Shown here in pieces: positions 24,048-37,466 of a stretch of 64,000 nucleotides of DNA. A program made the translations under genes and the position numbers. Each line of letters opens with the position of its first letter. Positions within the stretch are counted from its first letter, which is position 1. The DNA comes from Octopus bimaculoides (lineage: Eukaryota). The notes beneath the pieces are model-generated. The model saw nothing but the letters and a program-made list of their open reading frames with translations, ran no database searches and was not told the DNA's origin. The DNA is taken from positions 59,613,977-59,677,976 of the forward strand of contig NC_068984.1 of assembly GCF_001194135.2 (NCBI RefSeq). The letters are read 5' to 3'.

Positions 24048-24344
24048 TATTTACAGGAAGTTAATTATGCATTACCACTCTAACTTCTTTTTATGATTCA
24101 CTGATGAGGTATGTATATGTATACACATACACACGCCTGGTTCTCTCAGTTCCCATCTACCAAATCCACACACAAAGCTTGGGTTGGCCAGAGCTATAGT
24201 AGCAAACACTTGTCCAGGGTGCCATATAGTAGGACTGAATCTAGAACCTTATGGTTGGGGAGTAAATTTCTTACCACACAGCCACACCTGCACCTATGCA
24301 TCTATCTATCTATCTATCTATCTGTGCGTGCGTGTGTGTGTGTG

Positions 24345-24670
24345 TGTATCATCATCATCATCATCGTTTAATGTCCGCTTTCCATGCTAGCATGGGTTGG
24401 ATGATTTGACTGAGGACTGGTGAAACCAGATGGCTACACAAGGCTCTGATCTGATTTGGCAGAATTTCTACAGCTGGATGCCCTTCTTAACACCAACCAC
24501 TCCGAGAGTGTAGTGGGTGCCTTTACGTGCCACCGGCACGAAGGCCAGTCAGGCAGTACTGGCAATGGCCACGCTCAAAATGGTGCATTTTACGTGCCAC
24601 CCGCACCAGAGTCAGTCCAGGGCACTGGCAACGATCTCGCTCGAAAGTCCTTACACATGCCACAGGCATG
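24345..24670 (-). mobile_element. RTE-type LINE / LINE-tail repeat 3' end
   Basis: (CAT)n tail followed by the conserved cttttccatgctagcatgggttggatg...gatgcccttc...accaaccactc block and 66-bp units shared with the copy at 32875-33660. Confidence 0.75.
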
Positions 24671-25594
24671 TATATATATATATATATATATATTTATATG
24701 CATGTATATGAGAGAGAGAGAGAGAGAATGTTATCAAACAGAAATTAAGATTACATTTATGCAAGTGAATAGTACCTATGGGAGCGCTGTATATTCTGCA
24801 AAACAATTATAGAGTTTGGAATCTTTCTAGGGCTGAACATAAAAATATTATGCTGATATGCTCAACTAGTGGAAGTGATTTTTACAGCACTTCTGTATAT
24901 TGAAAACATGAAATAGGATAATGGAAAGCAAAAAATTGATTACATTAATATTTTGGAAGTGCATCAGGGAAGTAAATATGACCAAGATAGCAGAACACAT
25001 AATTTAGTTTTGTTAAGGGAATGGAGCAATGATAAGAACTGTAATTCAGTAGATTAAATAACTAGCAGTAGAGGAATAGTATAGCCTTTCTATGTTTTAA
25101 AATAAAAATTACCATGTTGGGATCAACTTTACCTTCTATTCCTCCAGGAATATGTGCATCAGACATGAACTGGGGTTAGGTCAATTGACTATATCACTAC
25201 CCAATAGATTTATGGCCATATGCCAATATATATATATAATAAAATAGTTATTATTTAGTCTAATCTAGTTTCTCCATCTATGACACAAGTTCAAATTCTG
25301 CTAGAGTCAATTTATATTTTCATTCTTCTTGTGTAAATAAAAGAAATACCAGCAATATATTTAGATTGACTGAATTTTGCTACTTTGCAAAATAAAGATT
25401 TTGTACTTATGTAAGAAATCAAAGTATTCATTTTACTTGTTTCTGTTACTGACTGCAGCCATGCTGGAGCACCACCTTGAAGGATTTAAGGAATAAGTCA
25501 AACAAATCGACCTTAGTGTGTGTGTGTTTGTGTATATATACACACACATACATATATAGATAGATACACACACGACAAGCTTCTTTCAATTTCT

Positions 25595-25824
25595 TATTTC
25601 TTTATTACCCACAAGGGGCTACACACAGAAGGGACAAACAAGGATAGACAAAGGGATTAAGTCGATTACATCGACCCCAGTGCATAACTGGAACTTAATT
25701 TATCGACCCCGAAAGGATGAAAGGCAAAGTCGACCTCGGCGGAATTTGAACTGAGAATGTAAAGACAGATGAAATACTGCTAAGCATTTCGCCCGGTGTG
25801 CTAATGTCTCTGCCAGCTCACCGC
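25595..25824 (-). mobile_element. tRNA-derived SINE nested in an older SINE, 15-bp TSD
   Basis: Head AAGGCGGTGAGCTGGCAGAG...TTCAAATTCCGCCGAGGTCGAC on the minus strand, with TSD cttctttca(a/g)tttct at 25580-25594 and 25825-25839. Related copies lie at about 30520-30730 (-), 36392-36600 (+), 37216-37430 (+) and 51575-51797 (-). Confidence 0.8.
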
Positions 25825-26239
25825 CTTCTTTCAGTTTCTGTCTACAGCCTGAGGCTGTAGTAAAAGACACTTGCTCAGGAGCCAGAGAGTGGGACTAAAT
25901 CCAAAAAATTGTATAATGCATATAAGTAGTTAAGATTTATGTCACTAAGAATAAAAGTTTTCGATTTATATTAGTCTTGCCTATTTCATAACCTGATGAT
26001 TGAATTCATGGTGATCCTATTAAATTTAGCAGTATTTGAGAACATATTATTGAATAGGATATCTGTGATCTCCTCACACTGCTGGAATAATACCTGGGGG
26101 GGGGGGGTCTACTCTCATCTCAAAGGATAACTTGAACTTAGTACTATAATCTAATCAACAGCTTTTAATTACACAATGCCCTCACTGATATGGAGGACCA
26201 AAGCAATCATATCCACTTATTGTTAAACAAACGTTGCCA

Positions 26240-26522
26240 GTGCTGATGGACTGGCTCCTGTGTAGGTGGCACGTAAAAGACACCATTTCGAGTGTGGCTG
26301 TTGCCAATACTTGCCTGACTGGCCCTCGTGCTGGTGGCACGTAGAAGCACCCACTACACTCTCGGAGTGGTTGGCATTTGGAAGGGCATCCAGCTGTAGA
26401 AACTCTGCCAAATCAGATTGGAGCCTGGTGTAGCCATCTGGTTTCACCAGTCCTCAGTCAATCGTCCAACCCATGCTAGCATGGAAGGCGGACGTTGAAC
26501 GACGATGATGATGATGATGATG
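26240..26522 (+). mobile_element. RTE-type LINE-tail repeat
   Basis: Same family as 24345-24670 in the opposite orientation, ending in (GAT)n. Confidence 0.75.
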
Positions 26523-26834
26523 AAACTGGACAACAGTGTTCAGGTTGGCTCTGAGATTTAGCAGGTGTATGATCAAAGACATTCAAACTTCAATCAGCCT
26601 GACTATTCTTAAGACATTGTGTATCTAGGATTACATGATCCATGGAATCAGGTGATTGGCTGTGGCTGTTTGGATGCTGGCAATTTGGGATGGCTGACTG
26701 AACATTTAAAGTGTTTTGACAATGGGTACGTTTTGGCACACAGACAGACAGACAAACAGAGAGGTAGATAGACAAATCCAAAGAGACACTACAATTCATT
26801 AACTGAGCATGACTGACATAAATACCCTCTCTTG

Positions 26835-26870
26835 GAAGAAGAAGAAGAAGAAGAAGAAGAAGAAGAAGAA
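26835..26870. repeat. (GAA)12 microsatellite
   Basis: Perfect trinucleotide run. Confidence 0.95.
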
Positions 26871-27210
26871 ATAAATCAGCATTGGATCCACAAAGCCAAA
26901 TTAAGTGGCTCAAAAATGGCTGTGATGGAACGTCTCATATCATATTATGCAATGTATCGTTTCATTTTTAAAGCGTGATTTGAGGACGATCAAGCTGCTA
27001 TTTGTACCAGGTCAAGCAATTACATAAAAGTTCCCTCACTGGCTTGACAGTATCATAAATGTATGTTGACCATTGAGAAAGTGTAATGATTGAATGTGAC
27101 TTGTCAACTGTTTGAGTTTGATTTTGACATGCTGTCAACATAGTGTATTGTGACTCTTAATAGTAAGATTACAAACAACAAAAATAGTTTCTGCACGGAA
27201 GCCTTTATAC

Positions 27211-27439
27211 CTTTAGTAATGGGCCATGTCCCATGGTACATAGATGAAAGTGGAGGAGTAGGTGGAATCAATAAACCATTATTCTGACAGCTTTCCTCAA
27301 GTAAACACTGTGGTTCCTGAATTTCTACCTCTGGTGTTTGTGTTGCCATGGTTACTAGCCTTTCTCCCTCAGAATTACTTGTAATGCTTGTGTCACATGC
27401 GTACCCGTTGTCTCCAGTTCCAGATTTGAGAACAAAGAC
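27211..27439 (-). CDS. APC: probable APC coding exon (229 nt, phase 0/1)
   Basis: tcattcttcag|GTC TTT...ACT AAA G|gtataa. Stop-free VFVLKSGTGDNGYACDTSITSNSEGERLVTMATQTPEVEIQEPQCLLEESCQNNGLLIPPTPPLSSMYHGTWPITK, with phases matching both neighbours. Little recognisable homology. Confidence 0.7.
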
Positions 27440-28307
27440 CTGAAGAATGAAAGTGTAAAAAAAGTCAAAACAAAGTGACTATAAGAATTACATTTGTGTT
27501 ATAGTTTTCAACAAATAACAAATTCCACCCCCAAAAAACCCACATTAGAAAATGAATGGAAAAAGTAAATGTATGATTATATTGAAACCTTGCTTATAAG
27601 AAACACGGTCAATTTACTTTCAGTCAGGTGAGAAAACATCCTCTAGTAACATTAAAAAAAAAAAAAAAATCTAAAATCAACAAGGGAAATAACTTCAATA
27701 AGATCAGTTGACTGGAAGTTTTGAATAATATAGAGAGACTATGCAGAATGGAATAGATCAGGGCTTTAAAACCAATTGGTGAAAGCGGCATCCATGTTTG
27801 GGTCTTATTTAATGGCCTCAATGATCAATGTAATTGGCAAGACTAAGAGTGATTGGTGTGTGTGTGTGTGTATGTATCATCAATGTTTTATTATTGTCTT
27901 TTTAACTTCTACTTATCCATGCTTGCATGTGTTGGAATGAATTTACTGAGTCAGATTTTCTATGAGCCAGATACCCCTCCTGTTTCCAAGCAAAGTAATA
28001 TTTATCCATGGTTAAACATATTTTTGCAGAATATTGGAAATAAATGACACTGCTTGTGTGACAGTGACACTCATTTACAATTATCACATGATGTCAAGAC
28101 AAGGACATACACACACACCTACCTGCCAGCTTGCATGTACCAGCTTACTGGTTTTACATTAGAACTAACCATGTGTCCAGAGCCTAAAGAGTGCTTGGAG
28201 ACACAAGGCATGTTATATAATCTGCCTAATTTCAGTGTCTCTATGGCAAGAAAGTATTAGTAGCTCTTATTTTAAATACTGTGCACATTAAATGATATCT
28301 ACACACA

Positions 28308-28342
<35 letters not shown>

Positions 28343-28691
28343 CTTTAAGCTTCTCTTTGTCCTCACAGGCCTCCAGAACCACTGAGATAGATGCAGTTAA
28401 TGTTTTGAGGATAGGGGGCTTAAAAGAAGGTAGTGTAGAGTCTAGGAATGGAGAAGGAAACACAATATGGGCCATAAAATGAAGAGAGATGAGTAAGTCA
28501 AGGGATATCCAAGTGAAGGATAAGACCAACCAGCTCTGATGAACATAGTTCAGTGTAAGCAGTTGTCCAGATAGCTAAGTACCAGGTATGAAAAGGAGTT
28601 GATTCAGAAAATCATATTCATTTGCATTCTAATTTTGAGATCATTATGTCAATCTGGAAAAAATATTAAATACAAAATTTGAAATACTAAC

Positions 28692-28799
28692 CTCTGCAGC
28701 AAGAGGTGTGTTGATAGAAGCATTCTTTAGAAATATGCTGTCATTGTGGTTGCTGTTATTCAGATCACAGGCTCCAGAATCCCGCTTGTCTTGGTCCAT
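28692..28799 (-). CDS. APC: probable APC coding exon (108 nt, phase 0/0), begins with ATG
   Basis: Strong acceptor ctttcttttcttccaccag|ATG GAC CAA...GCA GAG|gttagt. Stop-free MDQDKRDSGACDLNNSNHNDSIFLKNASINTPLAAE, in phase with the next exon. Confidence 0.6.
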
Positions 28800-29006
28800 C
28801 TGGTGGAAGAAAAGAAAGAAATATTTAAGAGATCATGGGTGGAAAAAGAAAATCTAGCAAAACATTGAATACATTTCCTCACAGTCAAAATTTACCAGAC
28901 AGAAGGAATGCTGTGTATAGCTCTATGATATGTTGATATTCATAACTAACAAATATTTTAATTGGCTGTAACTGCACACTTGCATTGTCCTTTGCACATT
29001 CTAGCA

Positions 29007-29320
29007 CAGTAGGTCTCAACTGGGGTCCATACAAGATTTTTAGGTTTCCACGCAACAAAATAGTAAATTTGGGATCCACAATAATATTTTAAGAGTCCCT
29101 GAAAAAATTTTGCATTAGAAGTATTACAAGAAACAGCTAGGTTTTCTCTAATACTTTACATAGTTCAACTTATACAAGTTAATGTGTGAAAAAAAAAAAA
29201 AGGAATTTTGAAAGAATTTTCCATAAAACTAGTTTTTAAACAGTGATTGGCTATGGGGGTCCACTAGAATAAAATAGTAATCAAAGGGGTCCATAGATCA
29301 AAAATGGTTGAGAACCCCTA
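29007..29320. mobile_element. hAT-like non-autonomous element (MITE)
   Basis: Ends CAGTAGGTCTCAACTGGGGTCCAT and GGGGTCCATAGATCAAAAATGGTTGAGAACCCCTA resemble CAGGGGTTCTCAACC hAT termini. No clean TSD. Confidence 0.6.
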
Positions 29321-30482
29321 GTAGGTTAAGAAAATTTTATATATTTTTTTTTAATTCTATGGAATCTTAATTGTAGTTAAATGAATGTTTTGTAGGAAAC
29401 TATATGTGACCTTACTGAACTACACTGCTTATTTGTTTTAATTCATTTTAAAAATAAGAAAGAATCTGGTGGGGATTTAATACAATAACTTTGCATCATT
29501 AAGACGGTGTTTGTAACATAGCAAAAGGTTCTTTTGTAAAATTATATGGGAGATTTTAATTTAAAAATTAACACTTTCAAACATGTTGCTTTGTTTCATA
29601 GACTCAAAAGTAGCCTCAGGCAAGCCGGTATTAAAAAGTATAATAGAGTTTACCGACAAGAATGTGACACATACAAAGAAAATACTCACTAATTACATTA
29701 CAGTTCTGGTGGTGGTGTTGATGATAATAATAATAATAATAATAATAGTAATAATAATAACAACAACAATAACAATTGTCTTATTTTGCTATCAGATCCT
29801 GATGATACATTCTAAAAGGTATAGCAAAAATATGACAATGTAGAAAATTATATAAAAATGAGGGATGGGCAAAAGACAATATATTAAGACATATTAAAAA
29901 TGTCTAAAATAATACAAATAAATAAATATATATGGGTACAGACATAAATTATATGAAATCTAAATAAAAGAAACACAAAAATAAAAGCAATCACACATAA
30001 GACACTACCTAAGTTAGACTGAAGCATAGTATGACTGACTATTTTCCATTATTGAACCTAGTGCACTCAAAGCTACCCATAAGCATCCATTATCGTAGAT
30101 GAGGTCTAAAGCATCCCATGCCGTATGGGTATTTTAGTTTCAGGTGATGTTAGACCTATTTCCTCCTCCTCCTTAGTCAGCACATCCTCCTCATTCCCTT
30201 GTTTAGTGCCAAATATTATTCTAACCAAATACTCACTGGTGCTTCATACAATCATGAATCACCATGTGATGGAGTGTGCGCCTCTTACTCTATTCTCAGA
30301 TAAAGTGACACAAGTTGAAACTATCCCAGAGGCTGAAGGACACTGGAATTGAAGCATACATTGTTGACTTGAAAAGTGTCATCCTTGGATCCTGCAAGAA
30401 ACCCAAGAAAGATTCCTTTACTTGCCCTAGGATGCCAAGTGTGTCTCGGAAGTGATTGTGGCAAACAAGCAGATTAAAAGTA

Positions 30483-30519
<37 letters not shown>
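30483..30519. repeat. (AAT)n microsatellite at a SINE tail
   Basis: Perfect run next to the SINE at 30520-30730. Confidence 0.9.
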
Positions 30520-30521
<2 letters not shown>

Positions 30522-31409
30522 CCTTTCTACTGAAGGCACAAAGCTTAAAAGTTTGAGGGAGGGGTTAAGACGATTACATCGATCCCCAGTACTCAACTAG
30601 TACTTAATCTATTGACCCCGAAAGGATGAAAGGCAAAGTCGACCTCAACGGAAGTTGAACTCAGAACATAAAGACAGATGAAATACTGCTAAGCATTTCA
30701 CCCAGCGTACTAATGATTCTGCCAGCCCATTATAATAATCATAATGTAATTACAAAGCCAACAATTTTGGGATATGTTTAGTCAATTAAATCAACTCCAA
30801 TTTTGACAAGCATTTTATTTTGAATGCAGAACAAAGAGCCAGAACAAATATCACAAGGCATTCAGTCAGACACTTGTAATGATTCTGGTAATCCACTACC
30901 CTTAGATGATAATGATTTCTTTTATTTGTCACAAGGGTAATGTGATGAGGAGTTATGATATGGATAGGTTACAAAAACAGAGTGCATTTACATTGAAATT
31001 GAATGAGAATATAAAAATGGAAGCATATGCAGTATGCAAAATTGTATTTTATAAAGTGTTCCTAAAGCAAGTAGGACTGTTATGTAGAGTCACCAGTCAT
31101 CAATCAAGGAACATGGCAGATCCTGAGTTACCCTGACTATCAGTTACCCTCACCCAGTCTACATATTCATACTGAGAGTTGGCTCATATCTGTCATTCTC
31201 ACCCAAAGTTGATGAAAGTTAAGCTGGAGAGGAAAAATGGTAAAGTGACCCTCTTCAGTTCTGTCAGGAAGAATTTCAGGCAACAAGAATCTGTTCTTCT
31301 ACATGCATGTTTTTTTTTTTTTTTTCATATGTGTGTTCTTCCGCATGTATGCTTTGTGTGTGTATGTGTGTGTGTGACAACAACTAAAATCAACAAGCCA
31401 CAATCTCTG

Positions 31410-31805
31410 CTGGTTTGCTTGCTCGTCACTGCTCAACTCATGGACACAAGCAATGATTTCTTTACTGAATCGTTACTGGCGACGAAAAATGGTGCCTGTA
31501 CATCAATATGAAGCAGCATAAGGAATGGCTTAGCCCCGGTAAACAAGCAACACTGCACGTGAAACACGGTCTTCATCCATGTAAAACGATGTTGTGCATA
31601 TGGTGGTATTGGGAAGGGATTATCCATTATGAATTGCTTGAACAGAATCAAACGGTCAACATGGAACTCTATGTTCAACAGATGGAATGACTCAACATGG
31701 TTATTCAAGAGAAAAGACCTAATCGGCAGCATGGAGTTCTTCTGCTGCACGACAAAAAATTTAAATTAAAAAAAACCCGGCAGGAACTTAGTTGCCAACC
31801 CAATA
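31410..31805 (+). mobile_element. internally deleted mariner fragment with right TIR
   Basis: IVTGDEKWCLYINMKQHKEWLSPG...KTMLCIWWYWEGIIHYELLEQNQTVNMELYVQQM...GVLLLHD, then a jump to GCAGGAACTTAGTTGCCAACCCAATA (TIR) followed by (TA)n. Confidence 0.88.
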
Positions 31806-31807
31806 TG

Positions 31808-31867
<60 letters not shown>

Positions 31868-31871
<4 letters not shown>

Positions 31872-32352
31872 CTGCATATGAATGAAGACAGCTGCATCAA
31901 GAAGTGCTGATCTCAAATTGTAGAGGGAATACATAGAAGGGGTAGACCCAGGAAACCAGGGGATGAAGTGGTGAGAAAGGATCTATGGATGTTGAGACTC
32001 ACAGAGAGGATGACAAGGGACTGAGACCCCAGGCGGTTTGTTGTGCTTGAAAAGACATGTCAAGCTAAGTAAGAGCGTGGTTGTCCTTGCGTATAGGCTG
32101 TTCCCTACATCCCTCTCCAGCTGAGTATTTAAAATCTTATGGGCTCATGGGTGTAAAAGCACCCAGTACACCTGGTGCAGTGTAAAAGCACCCAGTATAC
32201 TCTGTAAAGTGGTTGGCATTAGGAAGGGCATCCAGCCATAGAAACCATGCCAAAACATACAAGGAACCTGGACTGCTCTTCAGCTGGTCAGTTCCTGTCA
32301 AACCATCCAACCCATGCCAGCATGGAAAACAGATGTTAAATGATGATGATGA
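31868..32352 (+). mobile_element. RTE-type LINE 3' end
   Basis: Degenerate RT C-terminus (ggtagacccaggaaa...gatgaagtggtg) and the shared tail ending in (GAT)n. Confidence 0.7.
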
Positions 32353-32874
32353 GACACATGAACTCCATATGTAAAGTATCAGAAGAAATATTAGAAGACA
32401 ACGTGTCCAAGGCTCTAATGAATCTGTCTACTTGCCAACTTTAATAACAATAGCAGTAACAGCCATTGTAATTATCAGCTCAACTTTAGTAAGTCTATGA
32501 CCAAGAGACAGCTGATCTAATGAAACTATTCATAATCCTTTGTCTTTGTGTACAAATCTTTGTTCATTGATTTTCAGGTTTAGTTAGATTATATCATGTT
32601 GATGAGGTCTACTTGTCTGCATCAAAGGTCAACTTTTTTTTCCCCCTAAGCATGTAAATTTGAGAGATTAATTCTTAACTTCTTGAATTTATCTTCCATT
32701 TTTCTTAGAGAGTTGCTAAGAAAATGCATCTATATTTTTGGTTTCTTTCTCCACCTAAAAGGAAATTTTAATTGATTAAGAATTTTTGTGTGTGTATATG
32801 GCATTCAGTACCTTGCCTCTTTAAACTTATGTATCTAACTAATGCTCAGTCATAGTTAGTGTGACTGGGCATCA

Positions 32875-33660
32875 TCATCATCATCATAATTGTTGTTTAA
32901 CATCCACTTTCCATGCTGGCATGGGCTGGATGGTTTGACTGAGGGCTGGCAAGCCAGAAGGCTGCACCAGACTCCAATCTGATCTGACAAAGTTTCTACA
33001 GCTGGATGCCCTTCCTACCGCCAACCACTCTGAGAGTGTAGTGGGTGCTTTTTATGTGACACTGGCACATGAGGGCCAGTCAGGTGGTACTGGCATCGAT
33101 CACGCTTGAATGGTGCTTTTTATATGTCACAGGCACGGGAGCCAGTCAGGCAGCACTGGCATCGACTGTGCTTGAATGGTGCTTTTTACATGCCACTGGC
33201 ACAGGAGCCAGTCAGGTGGTACTGGCAACGATCACACTCGAATGGTGCTTTTTACATGCCACCAGCACAGGTGCCAACCAGGTGGTATTGTCATCTGTTA
33301 CGACAATGACTTCACTTGACTCAACAGGTCTTCACAAGTGCAGTTTATTGCCCAATGATTGAAGGGTACTCTTAAATGGACCGGTTATGCTGGACTGGCA
33401 TAGGCCATGGTTACGGTCTCATTTGGCTTACCAGGTCTTCTCAAGCACAGCATACCTCCAAAGGTTGTGCTTCACCACCTCATCCCAGGTCTTCCTGGGT
33501 CTGCTTCATACACAGGTTCCCTCTACTGCTAGGGTGTGACACTTTTTCACACAGCTGTCCTCATCTGTATGCAACACATGACCATACCAGCGCAGTCATC
33601 TCTCTTGCACACCACATCTAATGCTTCATATAACCAACTTTTCTCTCAGGACGCTTACAC
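32875..33660 (-). mobile_element. RTE-type LINE 3' end with 66-bp tandem units in its 3' UTR
   Basis: The minus strand reads LRWYGHVLHTDEDSCVKKCHTLAVEGTCV*SRPRKTWDEVVKH, typical of RTE ORF2 C-termini. About 3.5 x 66-bp units lie at 33050-33290, and the element ends in a (CAT)n tail. Confidence 0.82.
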
Positions 33661-33949
33661 AATTCAATGGTCAGATCTGTGACTCTGACCTTATCACTTA
33701 CGTTCCAGTTCTTGCTACTTTATGGACATACTACCCAGAACATTTTAAACTTGAGACCTAGGATGTTCACAGTCTTAAGAATGTGTGTATGTGCTTATGG
33801 TGGTGTGGTGAGAAATGTAGGTATCATCAAAAGTAGATTCAGCAAGTTAAGCCCTGTTGCTGGCTGAGCAAATCATTGGGAGAGATACGTAAGAATACAA
33901 CTCATTCACTCATTATCACATGGATCTTTAAGGAGATATACAAACTCCT

Positions 33950-34325
33950 ACATCTTTTCTCTCTCTCTCTCTGTTTAGATATACACAGACAAATGTATAT
34001 GCACACATATAGAACACATACACACAAAACAGACACACATATATACAAAACATGCACACCCACACACACATATCTACACAAAACAGGCATATACATACAT
34101 AATATGCATATACACACACATATACACAGGTAGTTAAAATGTACATAAACACACACACAGAGAACAGTCATATACATATATAGAACAAACACCTACACAC
34201 ATCTAGAAAGACAGATATACAAAAGTACGACAGGCTGATAAACATACACATACATAAGAGCCCATATACATACAAGGCCTATACACACACATGCAAAAAC
34301 GAAGCATATACATATACACAAGTAT
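33950..34325. repeat. compound CA/TA low-complexity tract
   Basis: Degenerate acacacatatatacac runs. These explain the spurious ORFs at 33876-34192. Confidence 0.85.
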
Positions 34326-34444
34326 CCTTTAAAGAAACCTTATATAGTTGACATTAAAAAGGACATTTAATAACAAAAGACAAACCTTTATTAGTACAGT
34401 ATAAAGTCTAGCGTTAAAAAAATTACAAATCGTTAGGTAGATGT

Positions 34445-34895
34445 AGATACAGCTGCCTTATATATATATCATCATCATCATCGTCATTGTTTAACATCCG
34501 CTTCCCATGCTGGATGGTTTGACCGAGAACCGGCAGGCCGGGAGGCTGCACCAGGCTCCAATCTGATTTGGCAACATTTCTACAGATGGATGCCCTTCGT
34601 AACACCAACCACTCTAAGAGTGTAGTGGGTGTATTTTACGTGCCACCAGCACGGGAGCCAGTCAAGCGGCACTGGCATTGGCTGTGCTTGAATGGTATTT
34701 TTATGTGCCATCGACACAGGTGCTAGTCAGGCAGCACTGGCATTAGCCATGACTATAACTTGACTCAGTTCGACAGGTCTTTACAAGCATGGCATATCTC
34801 CAAAGGTCATGGTCGCTTGTCATTGCCTCTGTGAGGCTCAATGTTCGAAGGTCATGCTTCACCACCTCATCCCAGGTCTTCCTGGGTCTACCACT
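34445..34895 (-). mobile_element. RTE-type LINE 3' end
   Basis: cttcaccacctcatcccaggtcttcctgggtc (RKTWDEVVK on the minus strand), 66-bp units and a (CAT)n tail. Confidence 0.78.
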
Positions 34896-35691
34896 TCCAC
34901 ATATATGCGTATGTGTGTGTGCGTGTGTGTTTGTGTGTAGGAGGAAGCGTGTATGAATGATGAAGTATGCAGCAGGTATGAGAGGATAGTAATGACCTTA
35001 ACAATAAGGAAAACATTGGTGGTGACAACGACCTCACCATCACGTCTGCTTAATTTACTGGTGTTACACTCTTTTCATTAAAAATATACTCAATATAACC
35101 CTCACAAAATATACTACCACTACCACTACATCAACAACAATAAAATCAACAATAGCAACACTTAAACTGTCTCAAAATGGCAGTGAGAGAGAGAAATATC
35201 TTATATGTAAAATGTCACCCATGGTCATACGTACAGTATCAGTTACATCTTGTTCATTCCTTTCTTGTCAACCAAAGCTGGGTGACATTCTGCCTCTGTG
35301 TGCATAAGCACATGTGTATTTATGTGGGTGTGTCTGTGTGTGCAGATGTGTATGTTTGGATTGAGGGTAGTTTAGAAAGATATGGATGATGACAATGGCA
35401 ATGATGATGATGGTTAATCCCAGAATCCATTGGTTTATAGGGGCACCATTGAAAACTTCCTTTTCTTGCAGTCTAGTTAATGTGTGAGAACAGCATAGTC
35501 CATCCCTCTCCAAACCACACTGTGTGGTGTGAACTTTTGGAAAATTCAAAACAGAGAGAGAGAGACTATGAAAAAGAGAAGGAAGATAGATGGATAGATA
35601 GAAACAAGTACAAAGAGAGATAGAGGGGGAGAGAAAGAAAGAAATCTAGCCAACTAGACAGAAAAGGAGAAGGAGAGAAAAGTAGATAGCT

Positions 35692-35723
<32 letters not shown>

Positions 35724-37429
35724 GAAGAGAAAGAGTATGTGTGTGTGTGGAAGATATAGAGTTATAAGGATAGACAGAATGTAAAAGCAAATACTTGCAA
35801 GTGTGAGAGATGAGGTAGGGAGGAAATAGTAAAGAAAAATTAAACAGGAAGGAGAAGAGAATTAAAGATATAATCCCACTAGACAACTTAAGGTATTGTA
35901 AATTAAATGGATAATGGAAGAGGATACACTGATTGTTTCTCTTCCTTCAAAAATGTCACAAGCTAAGTTATAATGGAGATTCTTTGCTGGCTTCAGTAAT
36001 TTCACTGTAGCCATGCTGGGATATCATCTTCAAGAGTATTTTTGGGTATATATTGTAGTCTGGTATGTATATTATTGATAAATGAGCCAATGAAAGGGCT
36101 AGAAATAGCAGTTAATATCCCTTAAATCACACCCTACTGTCTTAAAAAAAGAGTACATATTGGATAAAGTGATCTGGGATTCCCTGCACACAAGACGGGA
36201 TGGTTGTGGCCAGAGTACCTTTGACCATACATCTACTTGACTGGGGATAACTTAAGACTACATGATAACAATCACTAGCACTTTTGAAAGATGAGTACCA
36301 GTTAAGCACTGGGGTTGATGCAATCAACTTAGTCCCTTCCCTGAAACTGCTGGCCTTATACAAAAATTTGAGACCATTATTATATATCTGTAAGGCAGCA
36401 AGTTGGCAGAATTGTTAGCACTCCAGACAAAACATCTAGTGGCATTTCATCTGTGTTTGCATTCTGAGTTCAAATTCTGCCAAGGTCAACTTTGCCTTTC
36501 ATCTTATATATAGTAAGAACCGGTCAAGTAATGGGGTTGACAAAACCAACTAGTCCCCTTCCCCAAAAGTTCAGGTCTTGTGCCTTTAGTAGAAAGAATT
36601 ATTACACATTGGTTTTGCTATGCTGGTCTGAAATCTATAGAGCCCCTCTGCCAGATTTCTGCACAATTTCTGTCAACACAATTTTGGTACAAGACACTTG
36701 CCCAAGGGCCAATCCAGAGGATTGCAACCTTGGAACCATGTACCTGTAGAGTGAACATTTTAAGTATATGGTTATGTATCTGTCTAAATCTGGTAAAACA
36801 GTAAAAAAATGTCTACTAATTCTAAATCAGATGTTCCTAGTTTAAATTTATACAAGATTCAACCCCACCCAAAATTCCAAGCAAGAAACTGAAGAGAAAA
36901 TGAAACACCAAAATAAATTTTTAAGGGGAGGAAATGAAAAAAAAGTAAATTACAATTTTTTTTCTTGGTGATAAGTAAATAAACTCCAGTGTTGTTTCAA
37001 AATAGTACACAAAATTTGCTTCCACAACTTCTAATTATTATTATCATTATTATTAAAGATAAAATGCCTTGTGACTTTTCTTCTGGCTCTTTATGTTCTC
37101 ACTTCAATTCTTGCCATGGTGAACATTGCCTTTATCCCTCCAGGGTCAAAAAAATAAAGTATCAGACCAAACTGCTGGACGTGTGCTTAAATTTAAAACC
37201 ATTATTATTATTATTAAGGCAATGAGCCGGCAGAATCGTTAGCATGCTGGACAAAATGCTGCTAAGCATTTTGTCTGCCTTTCCATTCTGAGTTCAAATG
37301 CCACCGAGGCCAACTTTGCCTTTCATTCTTTTGGAGTTGATAAAATAAACACCAATTGAGCATCGGGGTTGATGTAACTGATTAGCTCCCTCCCTCAAAA
37401 TTTCAGGCCTTGTGCATATAGTAGAAAGG

Positions 37430-37466
<37 letters not shown>

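Noticed and set aside
28123-28183. 61-nt segment with a strong CAG|GTAGGT donor
   Set aside because: It has an in-frame TAA and its length is not a multiple of three. The same applies to 21727-21794 and 14704-14728.
33069-33362. ORF with 22-aa repeats, superficially like a repeat-spacer array
   Set aside because: It is the translation of the 66-bp LINE-tail unit. There are no unique spacers, so it is neither CRISPR-like nor a gene.
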